Assembly: GCA_951406725.2 (NCBI GenBank)
Contig: OX597820.1
Coordinates: forward strand, 112,840,001-112,904,000
Direction of reading: 5' to 3'
Source of the DNA: Octopus vulgaris
Lineage: Eukaryota
DNA length: 64,000 nucleotides
The notes under the pieces were generated by a model. The model saw only the letters and a program-made list of their open reading frames with translations. It had not been told where the DNA came from and made no database searches. The translations under genes were made by a program, and so were the position numbers. Positions 1 through 13,250 of the stretch are shown here, one piece after another (the stretch's first letter is position 1; each line of letters opens with the position of its first letter).

Positions 1-178
1 TAATAATAATAATAATAATAATAATCGCGATAATAATAATAATCAAACGGGGCTAGTATAGAAGTGGGCGTGGCAGTGGAGATATATGATGTCAGTGAAG
101 GGGGACTTTGAGCTGTGTGCTTGTGTGTGTGTGTGTGAATAAATATTGTTGTCTGTGAAATGGTTTGTTAAGAAGAGC

Positions 179-583
179 GGTGATGGTGATGGTGATGGTG
201 GTGGTGGTGGTGGTGGTGATGGTGGTGGTGATGGTGGTGGTGATGGTGGTGGTGATGGTGGTGGTGATGGTGATGGTGATGGTGATGGTGATGGTGATGG
301 TGGTGGTGGTGGTGGTGGTGATGGTGGTGGTGATGGTGGTGGTGATGGTGGTGGTGATGGTGATGGTGATGGTGATGGTGATGGTGATGGTGATGGTGAT
401 GGTGATGGTGGTGGTGATGGTGATGGTGATGGTGATGGTGATGGTGGTGGTGATGGTGGTGGTGATGGTGATGGTGATGGTGATGGTGATGGTGATGGTG
501 ATGGTGATGGTGATGGTGGTGGTGATGGTGGTGGTGATGGTGATGGTGATGGTGATGGTGATGGTGGTGGTGATGGTGACGGT
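179..583. repeat. Compound (GGT/GAT)n trinucleotide microsatellite
   Basis: Uninterrupted mix of GGT and GAT triplets; explains the G/D-only and V/M-only ORFs at 146-848. Confidence 0.97.
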
Positions 584-722
584 GTCTAGATTACGTCGTT
601 GCTTTACGAAACCGGTCGCATTTTTTTTCTTTCTTTCCTCTTTAACACTTATTCAAAGTTTAACCTTCAATGAATGGCGCGCGCAAATATATACTGACAC
701 ATACTCGCGCGCGCGGTCACGC

Positions 723-791
<69 letters not shown>

Positions 792-1172
792 TGTGTGTGT
801 AACCAATATCTAACCAAGGAAGTTGAACGCGTTAATAGCAAATTATGAATGCACAGCATACTGTATATATATAGATTTAAAACTATTTAATGACATGGAA
901 CGAGATTTTACCATGACTAATAGTAATGGTGTTGGTGATGGTGATGGTGGTGTTCGTGGTGAAGGTCCTGTAATTGTATCACATTTATATAAAAATAGTA
1001 ATAAAAGTGACGTCGAAGTTTCGGGTGGCTAAGCCATCCTCGGACGATGCAATGATGGCTTAACTGGCCGGAACTGCCAAGTTCCTGTCAATATTCTTCT
1101 TCTTAATACATGTGTGTGTGTGTGTATGTGGCAAATACGTCTTCCTCGATCAACACATAGATAAATATTAGT

Positions 1173-1380
1173 TTCAAATTCTGGCACAAGGCCAGCAAAT
1201 TTGGAAGAGGGGATAAGCTGACTGGTAATTACCAGTTCAACTGGTGCCTATTTTATCAACTTCGAAAGGAAGAAAGGCAAAGTCGACCTCGGTGGAATTT
1301 GAACTCAGAACGTTAAGACAGACGAAATGCCACTAAGTATTTTGCCCAGTATGCTTAAGTATTCTACCAGCCCGTTGCCT
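1173..1380 (-). mobile_element. SINE-A copy (tRNA-derived head, Meta/Sauria-like core), diverged
   Basis: Reverse complement contains B-box GAGTTCAAATTCC followed by GAGGTCGACTTTGCCTTTC; many similar copies in the window. Confidence 0.85.
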
Positions 1381-1424
1381 AACATATAAATATACTTGTT
1401 TCAGTCATTAGACTGCGGCCATAA

Positions 1425-1535
1425 TGTGACCGCGTGTGTACCGTTGGCGATTTTTTTCCCTCCGTCTTCCCTTCTCTGGATCTTTCCTTTTCCTATTTTT
1501 CTGACGAAGATCTCTTTGTGTTTTCATGTTTGGAT

Positions 1536-1540
<5 letters not shown>
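1425..1540 (+). mobile_element. PLE-derived short repeat family 1, internally deleted copy
   Basis: Matches 37148-37356 and reverse complement of 62240-62443; retains CTGACGAAGA at 1501; ends at a (TA)n tract. Confidence 0.7.
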
Positions 1541-1565
<25 letters not shown>

Positions 1566-1573
<8 letters not shown>

Positions 1574-1771
1574 ATGTTACATTACTCGGTAGTCATAGAT
1601 AAAACTCTGAGTTTCAGATGCCAAGTGGAAATCCACAACACCATCTCTTCGGTTATCTGGCTATTTCTGGAAATAGCCAGATAACCGAAGAGATGGTGTT
1701 GTGGATTTCCACTTCGGCATCTGAAACTCAGAGTTTTATCTTGACTACCGAGTAATGTAACATATTGTATA
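1566..1771. repeat. Near-perfect palindrome, ~102-bp arms, 2-nt loop
   Basis: 1566-1667 is the reverse complement of 1670-1771 apart from two 1-nt indels; (TA)n tracts lie on both sides of the element. Confidence 0.95.
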
Positions 1772-1837
1772 GATAAATTTCCTCTATTTACATAATATTG
1801 AGGTCTCTTTCTTTCTTTTGTTATCTTACCGTTTTAT

Positions 1838-1922
<85 letters not shown>

Positions 1923-3048
1923 TGTATGTATGTATGTATGTATGTATGTATGTATGTATGTATATACATAGACACACATACACACGAGAAGGACCAACAG
2001 CTGTCTGGATTTTAGTTCCGCCTGCCATCATAACCGTTACTCTTAGAGACAAACACACACGCATTCATCCTTCTCTCCTGGTATCCACTCATATATGCTT
2101 ATATATACCCATCAACCTATATACATATATATACAACACACACACACACATGCATGCGTGATGTATATGTATATGAACGTGTGCCCACGTGTGTACATTC
2201 GCGTAGCTGGTGGGGGCGTCGGTAAGGGTTGCACTTTTCATCCTGTTGTATGTAGGCTATTGCTGTAGGTAATGTGTTTTTTGTGGGGTCCGGGGGCGGC
2301 AAACGGAAGGGCGGCACACACTCTTGCTACGCTAGTGTGTGTGTGTGTCTGTGTGGATGAATATGCTTGTATATGTGCGTTTGAATGTAGACACACTCTC
2401 ATATATATAGCTTGAAAATGTCATCAAATGTAGTTGAATTGAATAGTTTCTAGACGAATTTATGTGCCAGAAAATCGCCAGAGGAGTATATGACCGAACA
2501 AAAATCCAATCTGTGGTATATGCCGTAATTTGATGGTGAGTGGGTAGGTGGGGGAATATGCTGCGAAATGGGGTAAAATTCGGGATTATCCATTTTGAAA
2601 AAGCGAATAAACTTTTAAGCAGCCATATTCACTTCCCTTGGCAGAGTTTCCCGTAGCATCCAATAACATCGGAGTCTTTGGTCTAACTGTGGATAACAAG
2701 CTAAACTGAAGTGCACCTAGCAACAATAAAGTCGAGATGGCTCGAAGAATGTGCTCATGGATCCTTAGAACTTTCCTCTCAAGAGATACTGATATCACCA
2801 TCCTTCCCTTTTCTATATTTTTATGGCCTTACTTTGCATATTGCCGCCCACATACATACATACATACATACATACATACATACATACATACATACATACA
2901 TACATACATACATACATACATACATACAAGAATAACCTGTTGATGTTGAAATTCCAATGAAGGAGCCTTGGATCTAGGTTAGAAACCGGCTCTTTCTCTA
3001 TTGGCAAGAAATTTTGAAATAAAACTGAACATACATACATACATACAT

Positions 3049-3600
3049 AGCAAACGCATACCCTTCAAAAGTGGGAGGTAGTAATCCGTCAACTGGTCCC
3101 TGATAAACTGCTCTGATGATCGATGTTACTATCATCACGGAGCTTTCGGATCTTTTCGGTTTGAACGGCAGTTTTTACTAGCGGTGTCATATGAAATTGT
3201 CACCCATAATTATGACCCTAGTATCGATCTATTACATTTCAATCTGTTTTAGGGTTAGGGGTGGGGGGAAGGGTATCTTTTTTTCTTCACAAATGTAAAT
3301 AAACCCAATCTGTTTCTTAAACGAGGGACATATTCATACGTCACAGAATGTTTTCACCTCAATAGACATCATTGATTGGTTAAAATTGCAGAAATTGAAG
3401 AAGAAAAAACAACAAATATCTAACAAACTATAGAATTTTCTCAATAAAGCCAAGAGAAAAAGATGTTTTATAAACACATTCTACCAGTATACGAAGTTTA
3501 AAAGTGTTTAGTTACGTGGAAATTATTTTAAAAAACTGCCGGTCAAACCGAAAAGATCCGAGCTTTCTACAAACATATCCATGCATAGTCTTTGATGGTC
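3049..3600 (-). mobile_element. Short fragment of the R4/Dong-like LINE family, interrupted by a MITE
   Basis: 3049-3147 plus 3560-3595 align colinearly with 27009-27135. Confidence 0.8.
3148..3559. mobile_element. Non-autonomous DNA transposon (MITE), Merlin-like
   Basis: ~29-bp TIRs GGATCTTTTCGGTTTGA(A/C)CGGCAGTTTTT; exact 8-bp TSD GAGCTTTC at 3140-3147 and 3560-3567. GG termini with an 8-bp TSD fit the Merlin superfamily (superfamily assignment is inference). Confidence 0.88.
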
Positions 3601-3700
3601 AATGTTGTATGTATTTATATACGTATGTATGTATGTATATATATATTGTATATATATATGTATGTATATATACATCGCACATAAAAATACATATGAACGT

Positions 3701-3766
<66 letters not shown>

Positions 3767-4303
3767 CTTATAGAGTGATAGAATGCTTCACATTTCACAT
3801 CTATTATATTCTGTCATTGATAATCAAAATCATGTAACTCGCCCATGACCATCCCGTTTTTTTTCTAGTCTTGCAAGGACTCATGATATCTTTATCAAAT
3901 GTATCGTTTCCTAAGATGGCATGGTATGTTTTAAATGAAATTTGGCAGCTGTTTCTTCCAACTCGTGTGGAATCTTTGTGATTGTCTTGAAAAATTGCGA
4001 AAGAAAGGGCGCAGTCCGTTAGACTGACAACATGCCGCACTTGACATCAAATGGCTGAAAGGCGAAGTCGACCCACATGATGTTTAAACGTTATTACTGC
4101 AAAGGATTTTGTACAAGGACGGGTATCTCTATCTCTCTCTCTTTCTCTATCTATCTATCTATCTGTGGTCTCCAGGAACAAATTAACTCATATATCGAGG
4201 CATTACTGTGTGTATGTGTGTGTTTGTGCGTGTATAATATATGTATACACGCGCGCGCACACACACTTATATATTTTATATATATATACTGTGTATGTAT
4301 ATG

Positions 4304-4339
<36 letters not shown>

Positions 4340-4372
4340 AATAGAAATTGAAAGAAGCCCGTCATATATATA

Positions 4373-4420
<48 letters not shown>

Positions 4421-4423
4421 TAT

Positions 4424-4568
4424 ACGGGCTTCATTCAATTTCTGCCTACTAAATCCACTCACAAGGCTTTGGTCGGCTCGAGGCTGTAGTAGAAGACATG
4501 CAGTGGGACTGAACCCGGAACCATGTGGTTGGTAAGGAAGCTACTTACCACACAGCCACTCCTGCGCC

Positions 4569-4569
<1 letters not shown>
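4424..4569 (-). mobile_element. SINE-B 5' module (tRNA head)
   Basis: Reverse complement starts AGGCGCAGGAGTGGCTGTGTGGTAAG...GGTTCAGTCCC, as in full copies at 43501 and 47673. Confidence 0.9.
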
Positions 4570-4617
<48 letters not shown>

Positions 4618-4734
4618 CGTACGTATGTATGTATGTATGTATGTATGTATGTATGTATGTATGTATGTATGTATGTATGTATGTATGTATGTATGTATGT
4701 ATGTGTGTATGTATGTATGTATGCACTTATGTAT

Positions 4735-4915
4735 CTCTGTTTGTCCCCCCCACCATTGCTTGAAAACCGATGTTGGTGTGTTTACATCCCTGTAACTTAG
4801 CGGTTCGGCATAAGAGACCAATAGAATAAGTACTAGGCTTAATCCTGGCGTCGATTTGTTCGATTAAAGGTATGGCCGCAGTCAAATGACTGAAATAAGT
4901 AAAAGAATAAAAGAA
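4735..4915 (+). mobile_element. SINE-B 3' module
   Basis: TGTTTGTCCCCCC...AACTTAGCGGTTCGGC...GTCAAATGACTGAAA...AAAAGA tail. Confidence 0.88.
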
Positions 4916-5250
4916 TTCTAGTTATGACCGTTCCGGTTCTTGAATAGATACTGAAATCATAGTATTCGCAGCAGCACATTAATTATTAAATGTACCCTAC
5001 ATTTTTGATTTAAGGTAGTTAAAAGCGACCTTGATCCACTTAGTACAATGTTGTTGTTGTTGTTATTGTCATTGTTGTTGCTGCTGTTGTTCTTGTTGTA
5101 TAATACTACATACGTCAGTAAGACATTGTAATGTACCCATGACACCCACACGCGGTACTGAGAAGAGGGAAACCTTTGTTAAAAATAAATAAAATATTGA
5201 ATATCAATGACGTCTACGTGATGTGCGTGCGTATATTGTACGTATGTATG

Positions 5251-5287
<37 letters not shown>

Positions 5288-5639
5288 CGTGTGCACTTTC
5301 TCTTTTTAATTTTAGAGTAAAATTTGATCAGTCACCTGTTTGGTAGCGAGGTTGTGAATGAAAGTAAATTGATTTAACCATCAGTCTTTAAAGGTTTTGC
5401 AAATTATTTTAGTCCAAGATATCGTAGTCATTTGTAGCATACGAATTAAAGATTTATATGTACGTACGTATGTATGTATGTATGTATGTATGTATGTATG
5501 TATGTATGTATGTATGTATGTATGTATGTATCTTCAATTTTTTTAATTATTATAAATCTTCCACTGACGAGGGAGCCAGTTTCCAACGAAGATACAAAGC
5601 TCTATCTTTGGGATGTAGTTAATACATGTAGTTAATTAA

Positions 5640-6063
<424 letters not shown>

Positions 6064-6413
6064 GAATTATCCTTTGTTTAGCGTGAACACGGAAAATTCA
6101 ATAAACAGTTACCAGGGTAGCAAAATTCACGCTAGTAACATGGATGAAGCGACCTATTCAAAGGTAAAAACCCCGGGTTAATGTGCAGTAATTTGTGTAG
6201 TATAAGTAAATAAATGGAGTTGAACGCAGATGTTATTAAAACTCTTTTACTTTCGGCATATGTTTCGAAGTCAACATTGGTTTTATTCCAAAGGAATAAA
6301 CGGTGTAAAATGCAATCTTCTCATCAGGAAAGATAGAGAATAAAACCAATGTTGTCTTCGAAACATATGTCGAAAGTAAAAGAGTGTTAATAACATCTGC
6401 GTTCAACTCCATT
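6064..6413 (-). mobile_element. PLE-derived element with inverted terminal duplication
   Basis: 6213-6288 and 6338-6413 are inverted copies; hammerhead motif on minus strand; abuts (TA)n. Confidence 0.75.
6250..6332 (-). ncRNA. Type I hammerhead ribozyme-like motif (cleavage triplet mutated)
   Basis: Minus strand: CTTTC-CTGATGA-GAAG...CTTC-GAAA-CATATG-CC-GAAAG. Stem I CTTTC/GAAAG, stem II GAAG/CTTC, palindromic stem III CATATG; the inverted copy reads GAAACATATGTC. Confidence 0.7.
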
Positions 6414-6662
6414 GAAGAAAAAATTCAAATCTGACCATGTTAACACCAAAAATTATTTACATCAAAAAGGTGCTTTTTTACTATGAAAATCCCTATTTTT
6501 ACGATATTTTTACTGCTGTGTCGCCATTTTTCGGTGTATCTCAACCAGAAAAATGTCCTCTTAAAGAGAATAACAAGCTACATAATGCACAATTTTTACT
6601 TTTCAAAAATTCCTATTCCAAGGGTCGAAACAAACCCGAGCAACGCCGGGCGATACTGCTAG
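6414..6662 (+). mobile_element. Non-autonomous Helitron, 3' fragment
   Basis: Ends in hairpin CCCGAGCAACGCCGGG plus CTAG followed by T; this end is identical to 35781-35811 and to the 44854 end. Confidence 0.8.
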
Positions 6663-7079
6663 TATGAAATAAAACTGTGCAGTAACGACTTGCAGCCAGA
6701 TGATACTATTCCGCACAGAAAAAATTATGGACATGAAGAAGTTAAAATGTCGCCTACCGATGACTGATAAACACGCGCGCGCGCATAGCCGAATGATCAG
6801 ATTTCTCAAATCTGAGTTTCACGTTCTGGTTGTCAAAATAAAATCTGATCAATGAATGTGGGATACATACATACACATGTGGATGGATGGATGGATCGAT
6901 GGATGGATCGATCGACGGGCCGGTGGGCGGGCAGATGAATGTGAGTGTGTGTGTGTGCGCAATTTTCTAAAGTTGCTCTTTAATGTGTGCATCTGTGTGT
7001 AGTACTATGAGAGAAGTTTTGTCCATAGAAACACACACACACACTGGTTGTACTTATTATTAATATTATTATTAAGCTA

Positions 7080-7250
7080 AAGGCGTCGGGTAAAATGCTT
7101 AGCGGCATTTCGTTCGACTTTACGTTCTGAGTTCAAATTCCGTCGAAGTCAACTTTGCCTTTCAACCTCTCAGCAGTTGAGCTCTGGGTACGATGTAATT
7201 GGTTTGCCCCGCCTACGAAATTGCTGGCCTTGTGCCTAAATTAGAAACCT
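7080..7250 (+). mobile_element. SINE-A copy, diverged
   Basis: GTTCTGAGTTCAAATTCCGTCGAAGTCAACTTTGCC...GGCCTTGTGCC. Confidence 0.8.
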
Positions 7251-7502
7251 TTTAGCTAACCGATTTTTTAAATTAATAATTTGATCTAACAATCAGTTTG
7301 TGGGGGTCCTTTCAGTGCCATTCGCCACCTCATTCGTGGATATACCCTCTAGGTCTGTCATACTGAATCTAAACCAAAGCAATTGGTCACGACAATGGTG
7401 AGGTGTGAATGGCTCTCATAAAGTGAGTGATTGACTGAACACATGATTAGTTAAACAGCTAATCGATTAGTTAATTGGCTATCTAGATGTGACTAACAAT
7501 CT

Positions 7503-7697
7503 TTGCTACAATAGGCACAACGCCTGAAATTTGAGAGAGAAAGCAAGCCGATTAGATTAACCCTGACTGGTACTAATTTTATCGAATCCGAGAGGATGAA
7601 AGGCAAAGTCGACCTCAGTGGAATTTGAACTCAGAATGGACGAAATGTCGCGAAGCATTTTTCCCGGCGTGATAACAATTCTGCAAGCTCACCGCCG
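7503..7697 (-). mobile_element. SINE-A copy, diverged
   Basis: GGATGAAAGGCAAAGTCGACCTCAGTGGAATTTGAACTCAG. Confidence 0.82.
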
Positions 7698-7775
7698 TGA
7701 AATAAAACCTGTGCGTGTGTTATTGCTGGCATAATAACCCACGATTTCCCATTAAGAATCTTGCAACACACACAG

Positions 7776-7806
<31 letters not shown>

Positions 7807-8595
7807 ATATTCAAATATACACAATTATACGTGCACTACATTTAGAATGATTTCATTGAGTTGAATTATGATCCTAACACCACTGTCCCATGCCATTCGC
7901 TCATGGGAAACTGACTCCATAACCGTATGAGAACTATAGATGTCAAACAAATTTTAAAAGATCTCAATTCTCTCCACCACCACATACACATTCCCTCCAT
8001 GAATTTGAGATCTTGTCCCTTAATCTAATCCAGACATTTCTTATTTGCTAATAATATCCGTAAATATCCAGATTGTGGGGATTCCCTAACTTGGTACATT
8101 TGACTTAAAAGTGCGGACAACTCAGGCCATTCCGTGCTAAGGCCACCCAACTGTCAGATGGTGGTTCCTCACTAAATGACATTTTAGTCAGTGTCTCGTG
8201 TGTTTATAATGGGCGTGTTCTTGTATTGCATGCATAAATACATACATACACACGCATGCATACATACATACATACATACATACATACATACATACATACA
8301 TACACACATACATACATACATGCATATAGATATATAGATCGATCGATAGATAGATATAGATACATACATACACTTACACACACATATATATATACACAGA
8401 CACATACATACATACATACATACATACATACATACATACATACATACATAATGTATCGAATATATGAATGGTATACGTGTAGGAATTTTACAATAACGTG
8501 AAAATAAATACGCATATGCATGTATGCATATATGTATGTGTGTATGTGTAGATATATACATGTAGGTATGTATGATTGTACGCTTGTATCAATGG

Positions 8596-8626
<31 letters not shown>

Positions 8627-8889
8627 CGCTGTTCACGCAGGGTGCTGCGCTCTGCTGTTAATTAGCGTCAGTCCAACCCCGTATAAAGCAGCTTATGGTC
8701 AAAGACATTCCATTTCAGACCATCCAATTTATTAAGACATAATAATGTATCTAGAACCACATTTATTTCAAAGCGTCCTTTTGTTATTAAAATAGTAGGG
8801 CTATGATTGAACTGCTATTTCTAGCAAGTCGACCGACTACATACAAGCTTCCTCTTTCTCCTGTGCAGCTGTGTTGATGTGTTTGTATA

Positions 8890-9095
8890 CCGGGTCAACA
8901 AAAAACCTTCCTACATTTTAACAATATACGTACGGTGTATACCAGTTTAAACTCTGGTCATAACTGACTCGAAAACAAAATCAGAAAAAGGTAAACTATA
9001 AGCTATATGACGATACCATTTCTACCTGCCAAACCTCTCCAGTACCACATTAATAGCCATGTAAAATATGGGAGGTTTTTCTGCCGCAACCTGTG
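8890..9095. mobile_element. Possible decayed Tc1/mariner-type MITE
   Basis: Imperfect ~30-bp inverted ends (AAAAAACCTTCCTACATTTTA / TAAAATATGGGAGGTTTTT); a similar right end occurs at ~49080-49126. Confidence 0.4.
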
Positions 9096-9467
9096 TAGGT
9101 AAATATATTATCAATGTATGGAGAAATCCACATTAACTTTGAAGTAAGAACGAACATATGGTACGATCCATGGGGATCTACGCAAAATGCTGTCTTACTT
9201 TGGCACTATACAGCCTGGGCTTTTACGATCGACGCCGTATTTGTGGTATTTGAGGTTGATTTAATACTCGGGGATATTTCCGAGACTCAATACATTTTAA
9301 ATTAGACTAAATGCTTTGCAAGTTACCAATTTTGAACCAGTGATTCTAATGCCTTTGCTGTATTTCGATCGAACTTATTACAAACTGAATCGTAAATGGC
9401 TGTTCAACGTGGATCCGGTACTGGAAATGTTTCTCAGATGCAATCTACTCTAAAATTAAATATATAC

Positions 9468-9500
<33 letters not shown>

Positions 9501-9529
9501 CATATCTATATATACATATCTATATATAC

Positions 9530-9594
<65 letters not shown>

Positions 9595-9964
9595 ACGAAA
9601 TAACGGTAAATGAAGAAACATTTTTGTTTCTTTTTTTGTCGAATGCTAAATTAATTAGTAAGATACTAATGATACACTGAATAAGAAATACAGTAAATTG
9701 AACTATGTTGTCATCATCATCATCATCATCATTAAGATCGTCTGAACGGATCAGATTATCACTAATCCAAGAGTTTTACCCGTTATGTAGCGAGTAGTTT
9801 ATATTTAGAAAATATGGCATACATAACAATAATTATAATAGTAATTTCCAAAATAAAAATATTTATGGCCTTAAAATAAAATTTAATCAAAACAAATTTC
9901 TCAAATGTGTTTTAACAAAAATATGTTATTATTTCTGTAAATTTTGTCTTGTTTTTTTTTTTAT

Positions 9965-10516
9965 CTTTAACTTATTTCATCATTGGACTGCGGCCATGCT
10001 AAAGTACAGTCTTAAAGGGTTTTAGTCCACGCCCTTCGCTAAGGGGGTGCAATGGACGGCACTGCCTCTTACTATTCAATGGTGCGCCCTCAGATTTACA
10101 ATGATCCCTTCGAAACTCCACTTTAGCATTATTACAAATTAAAGCCCAAGAAGAATATTCCGAAGCCACCCCCAGGCACCAAAATGTGGCGACGCCTATT
10201 TCAGTCGAACACATCGACTCCAGGACTCATTTCTCTTTCAGTCTGGTACTTATTCTATCAGTTTCTTTTGTCGAAAAGCTAAGTCACGGCTGCATAAACG
10301 AACCAAGACTGGTTATGAAGTAGTGATCGGGGCGGGGGTGGGGGGTGGGCGATAAACGCGTGCGCACGCGCACACACACTTACATACGATGGGTTTCAAC
10401 ACAGTTTCCGTTTGCTAATTCACTGACAAGGTTTGGTGGGTCTGGGGACTATTGTAGGAGCCCAAGCTGCCGCGCAGTGGATCCATAGCGATCTTCTTAA
10501 CCACGCAGCCAGCGCC
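9965..10516 (-). mobile_element. SINE-B, old diverged copy carrying a MITE insertion
   Basis: 3' module at 9965-10330 and 5' module at 10385-10516 are recognisable. Confidence 0.75.
10028..10198. mobile_element. Small hAT-type MITE candidate
   Basis: Interrupts the SINE-B tail; flanked by near-identical 8-bp TSD TTTTAGTC / TTTCAGTC; imperfect short inverted ends. Confidence 0.55.
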
Positions 10517-11455
10517 TAATAAAAGCATTCGCGCGGATCGAACGTGAATCGCAATCTACTTCTCTGCAAAATTTCTTTTTAAACAGAATGGGAGCTCTTT
10601 TTAATAAGTTATAAAACACTTATCCAGCATCCTAGTTGTTAACTCTCTGTATCTTTCATTTACTCCACACAATGTAAAGCATGACTGGAGAATAAAGCAA
10701 CGAACCAGCCAACCGGAAATCATATCAGTTATCTCTGAAAAAAAGATGTTAGAGACACCCGTATTTAATAAACTTTCTATTCCCACTTAAACCAAATCGA
10801 GTCTTTTAAACAGGTGAATAATAGTTGGCAGGTGCGTGCGTACGTGTGAACGTGCTTGCGTGCGTGTGTACAGGTCCTACATTAACCTTAAAGTTGTTCA
10901 GTAAAACCAAAACATAAAATTCAAGGTATTAAACAGCAGAAAACCCTAATTTACATTATATTACAGTATTAGGGTTCCGTATGAGAACTTGTACAGCTAA
11001 GAATACTCTATGCGAGGGTGAATTCGGCTAATGTAGCTTTTACAGTACGTCCCGTGGGTCGGGGTTTCAGTTGAAAACAAATTCAAGATTTAGGGTAAAG
11101 GTCGCCTAATAAATAAATCACTGTGTGCTCCCTAATTCTTTCACTCCTAAATGCCCCCAAAACTCCTCCGCCTAAAATATCAAAGCTTCACTAATCTATT
11201 GAATGTATTTTATTAATAACCGGCAGAACTTACAAAGTAACTCAAGTGACGAGAATTTGGTGCCTTAGTACTGATTAGCACACGAAACTTTCTGCCCTTG
11301 AGTCCCTCTGTACCTTCTGCCGTACAGAGGGACACAGTAAATGCACAAACGAACTCAAAATAGACATAAAAGGTCCCCAACTCCTCAACAACTCCTCACC
11401 AGTTATCGGCCAAAGGATCGAACGGAATTTCGCGCCTTTATATATATATATATAT

Positions 11456-11764
11456 CACCGTGATCAGCGTGACCGACCAGGATATCAGATGTTGCTACAC
11501 ATCGCTGGTCACAATGCGCTTCGCATTGTTTTAGCCTTCAAATGATGCCACTCCGCTGGCTAAGCGAGCAGGCCAACAGAAGAAAGAGCGAGAGAAAGTT
11601 GTGGTGAAAGAGTACAGCAGGGATCACCACCATCCCCTGCCGGAGCGTCGTGGAGCTTTAGGTGTTTTCGCTCAATAAACACTCACAAAGCCCGGTCTGG
11701 GAATCGAAACCGCGATCCTACAACCGCGAGTCCGCTGCCCTAACCACTGGGTCATTGCGCCTCC
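11456..11764 (-). mobile_element. SINE-C full copy (tRNA-derived)
   Basis: Reverse complement GAGGCGCAATGACCCAGTGGTTAGGGCAGCGGACTCGCGG...GGTTTCGATTCCC (A and B boxes); matches 32590-32880. Confidence 0.92.
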
Positions 11765-11914
11765 ACACACACACATACATATATATATACATCTATAAAT
11801 ACATACATATATATATATACATGTATATATAAATACATTCATTCATTCATATATATATATATATATATATATATAGATACATGCATATATAAATACATAC
11901 ATTCATATATATAT

Positions 11915-11961
<47 letters not shown>

Positions 11962-11977
11962 CATACAGACATATATG

Positions 11978-12017
<40 letters not shown>

Positions 12018-12317
12018 CACACACACACACACACACATATATATATTATATAAAGATATATTAAATAGAGATACTATTGACAATCCAATAATTTGTTTAT
12101 ATTATAATATTACATGATATACTATGTATATACTATAACAGCATAATATTATATAACATAAACAATTATTAAAATAACCATAAATGGCCAACAAATTGTT
12201 TGGACTTATATTTTTTCTGATATAGATGCATAACAACAGTTCCCTTATATATAAAGTCATTTCAGGGTTATGGCCTAAAAAGGACCGCTGAATTTTCCCT
12301 CTGTTTGTTACTTTATA

Positions 12318-12509
12318 TTCTCTTTTACTTGTTTCAGTCATTTGACTGTGGCCATGCTGGAGCACTGCCTTTAGTCGAGCAACTCGACCCCAGGACTTAT
12401 TCTTTGTAAGCCTAGTACTTATTCTATCGGTCTATTTTGCCGAACCGCTATGTTACACACCAGCATCGGTTGTCAAGCGATGTTGGGGGGACAAACACAG
12501 ACACAGAAA

Positions 12510-12510
<1 letters not shown>
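12318..12510 (-). mobile_element. SINE-B 3' module
   Basis: CTTTTACTTGTTTCAGTCATTTGACTG...GGGGGACAAACACAG. Confidence 0.88.
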
Positions 12511-12925
<415 letters not shown>

Positions 12926-13250
12926 GTTTTGAATTCTATTTTCCTGTTTTCTTCACGAAATCCATTTGAGTATTAAATCATTTCCTATCTATGTGTGTGA
13001 ATAGAGAGGGGGAGGGGGATAAGTTGCCTGGAGACCCTCGTGTATTCACATGCGAAACTCATAGTAGCAAGTGACTCGACCTAAATGTATGTATACACAC
13101 ACACACACACACACACACATATATCAATACGTCCATCTATCCACACGCGCACACGCACGTCTGTTGGTTCTTCAAAACTGCGCTGGCAATTATAAAAATA
13201 GTTCATAAGTTGATGAAGTTTTAAGGTGTTTATGATATGCTGCAGGCCCC

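Noticed and set aside
146-848. Gly/Asp-rich and Val/Met-rich ORFs
   Set aside because: Translations of the (GGT/GAT)n and (GT)n microsatellites; no domain content or splice evidence.
2940-3030. Possible additional hammerhead (CAATGA...GAAA CCGGC TC)
   Set aside because: The core is too degenerate and no stem I pairing was found; not counted.
3249-3260. TTAGGG x2 telomere-like repeat
   Set aside because: Only two units, internal to a MITE.
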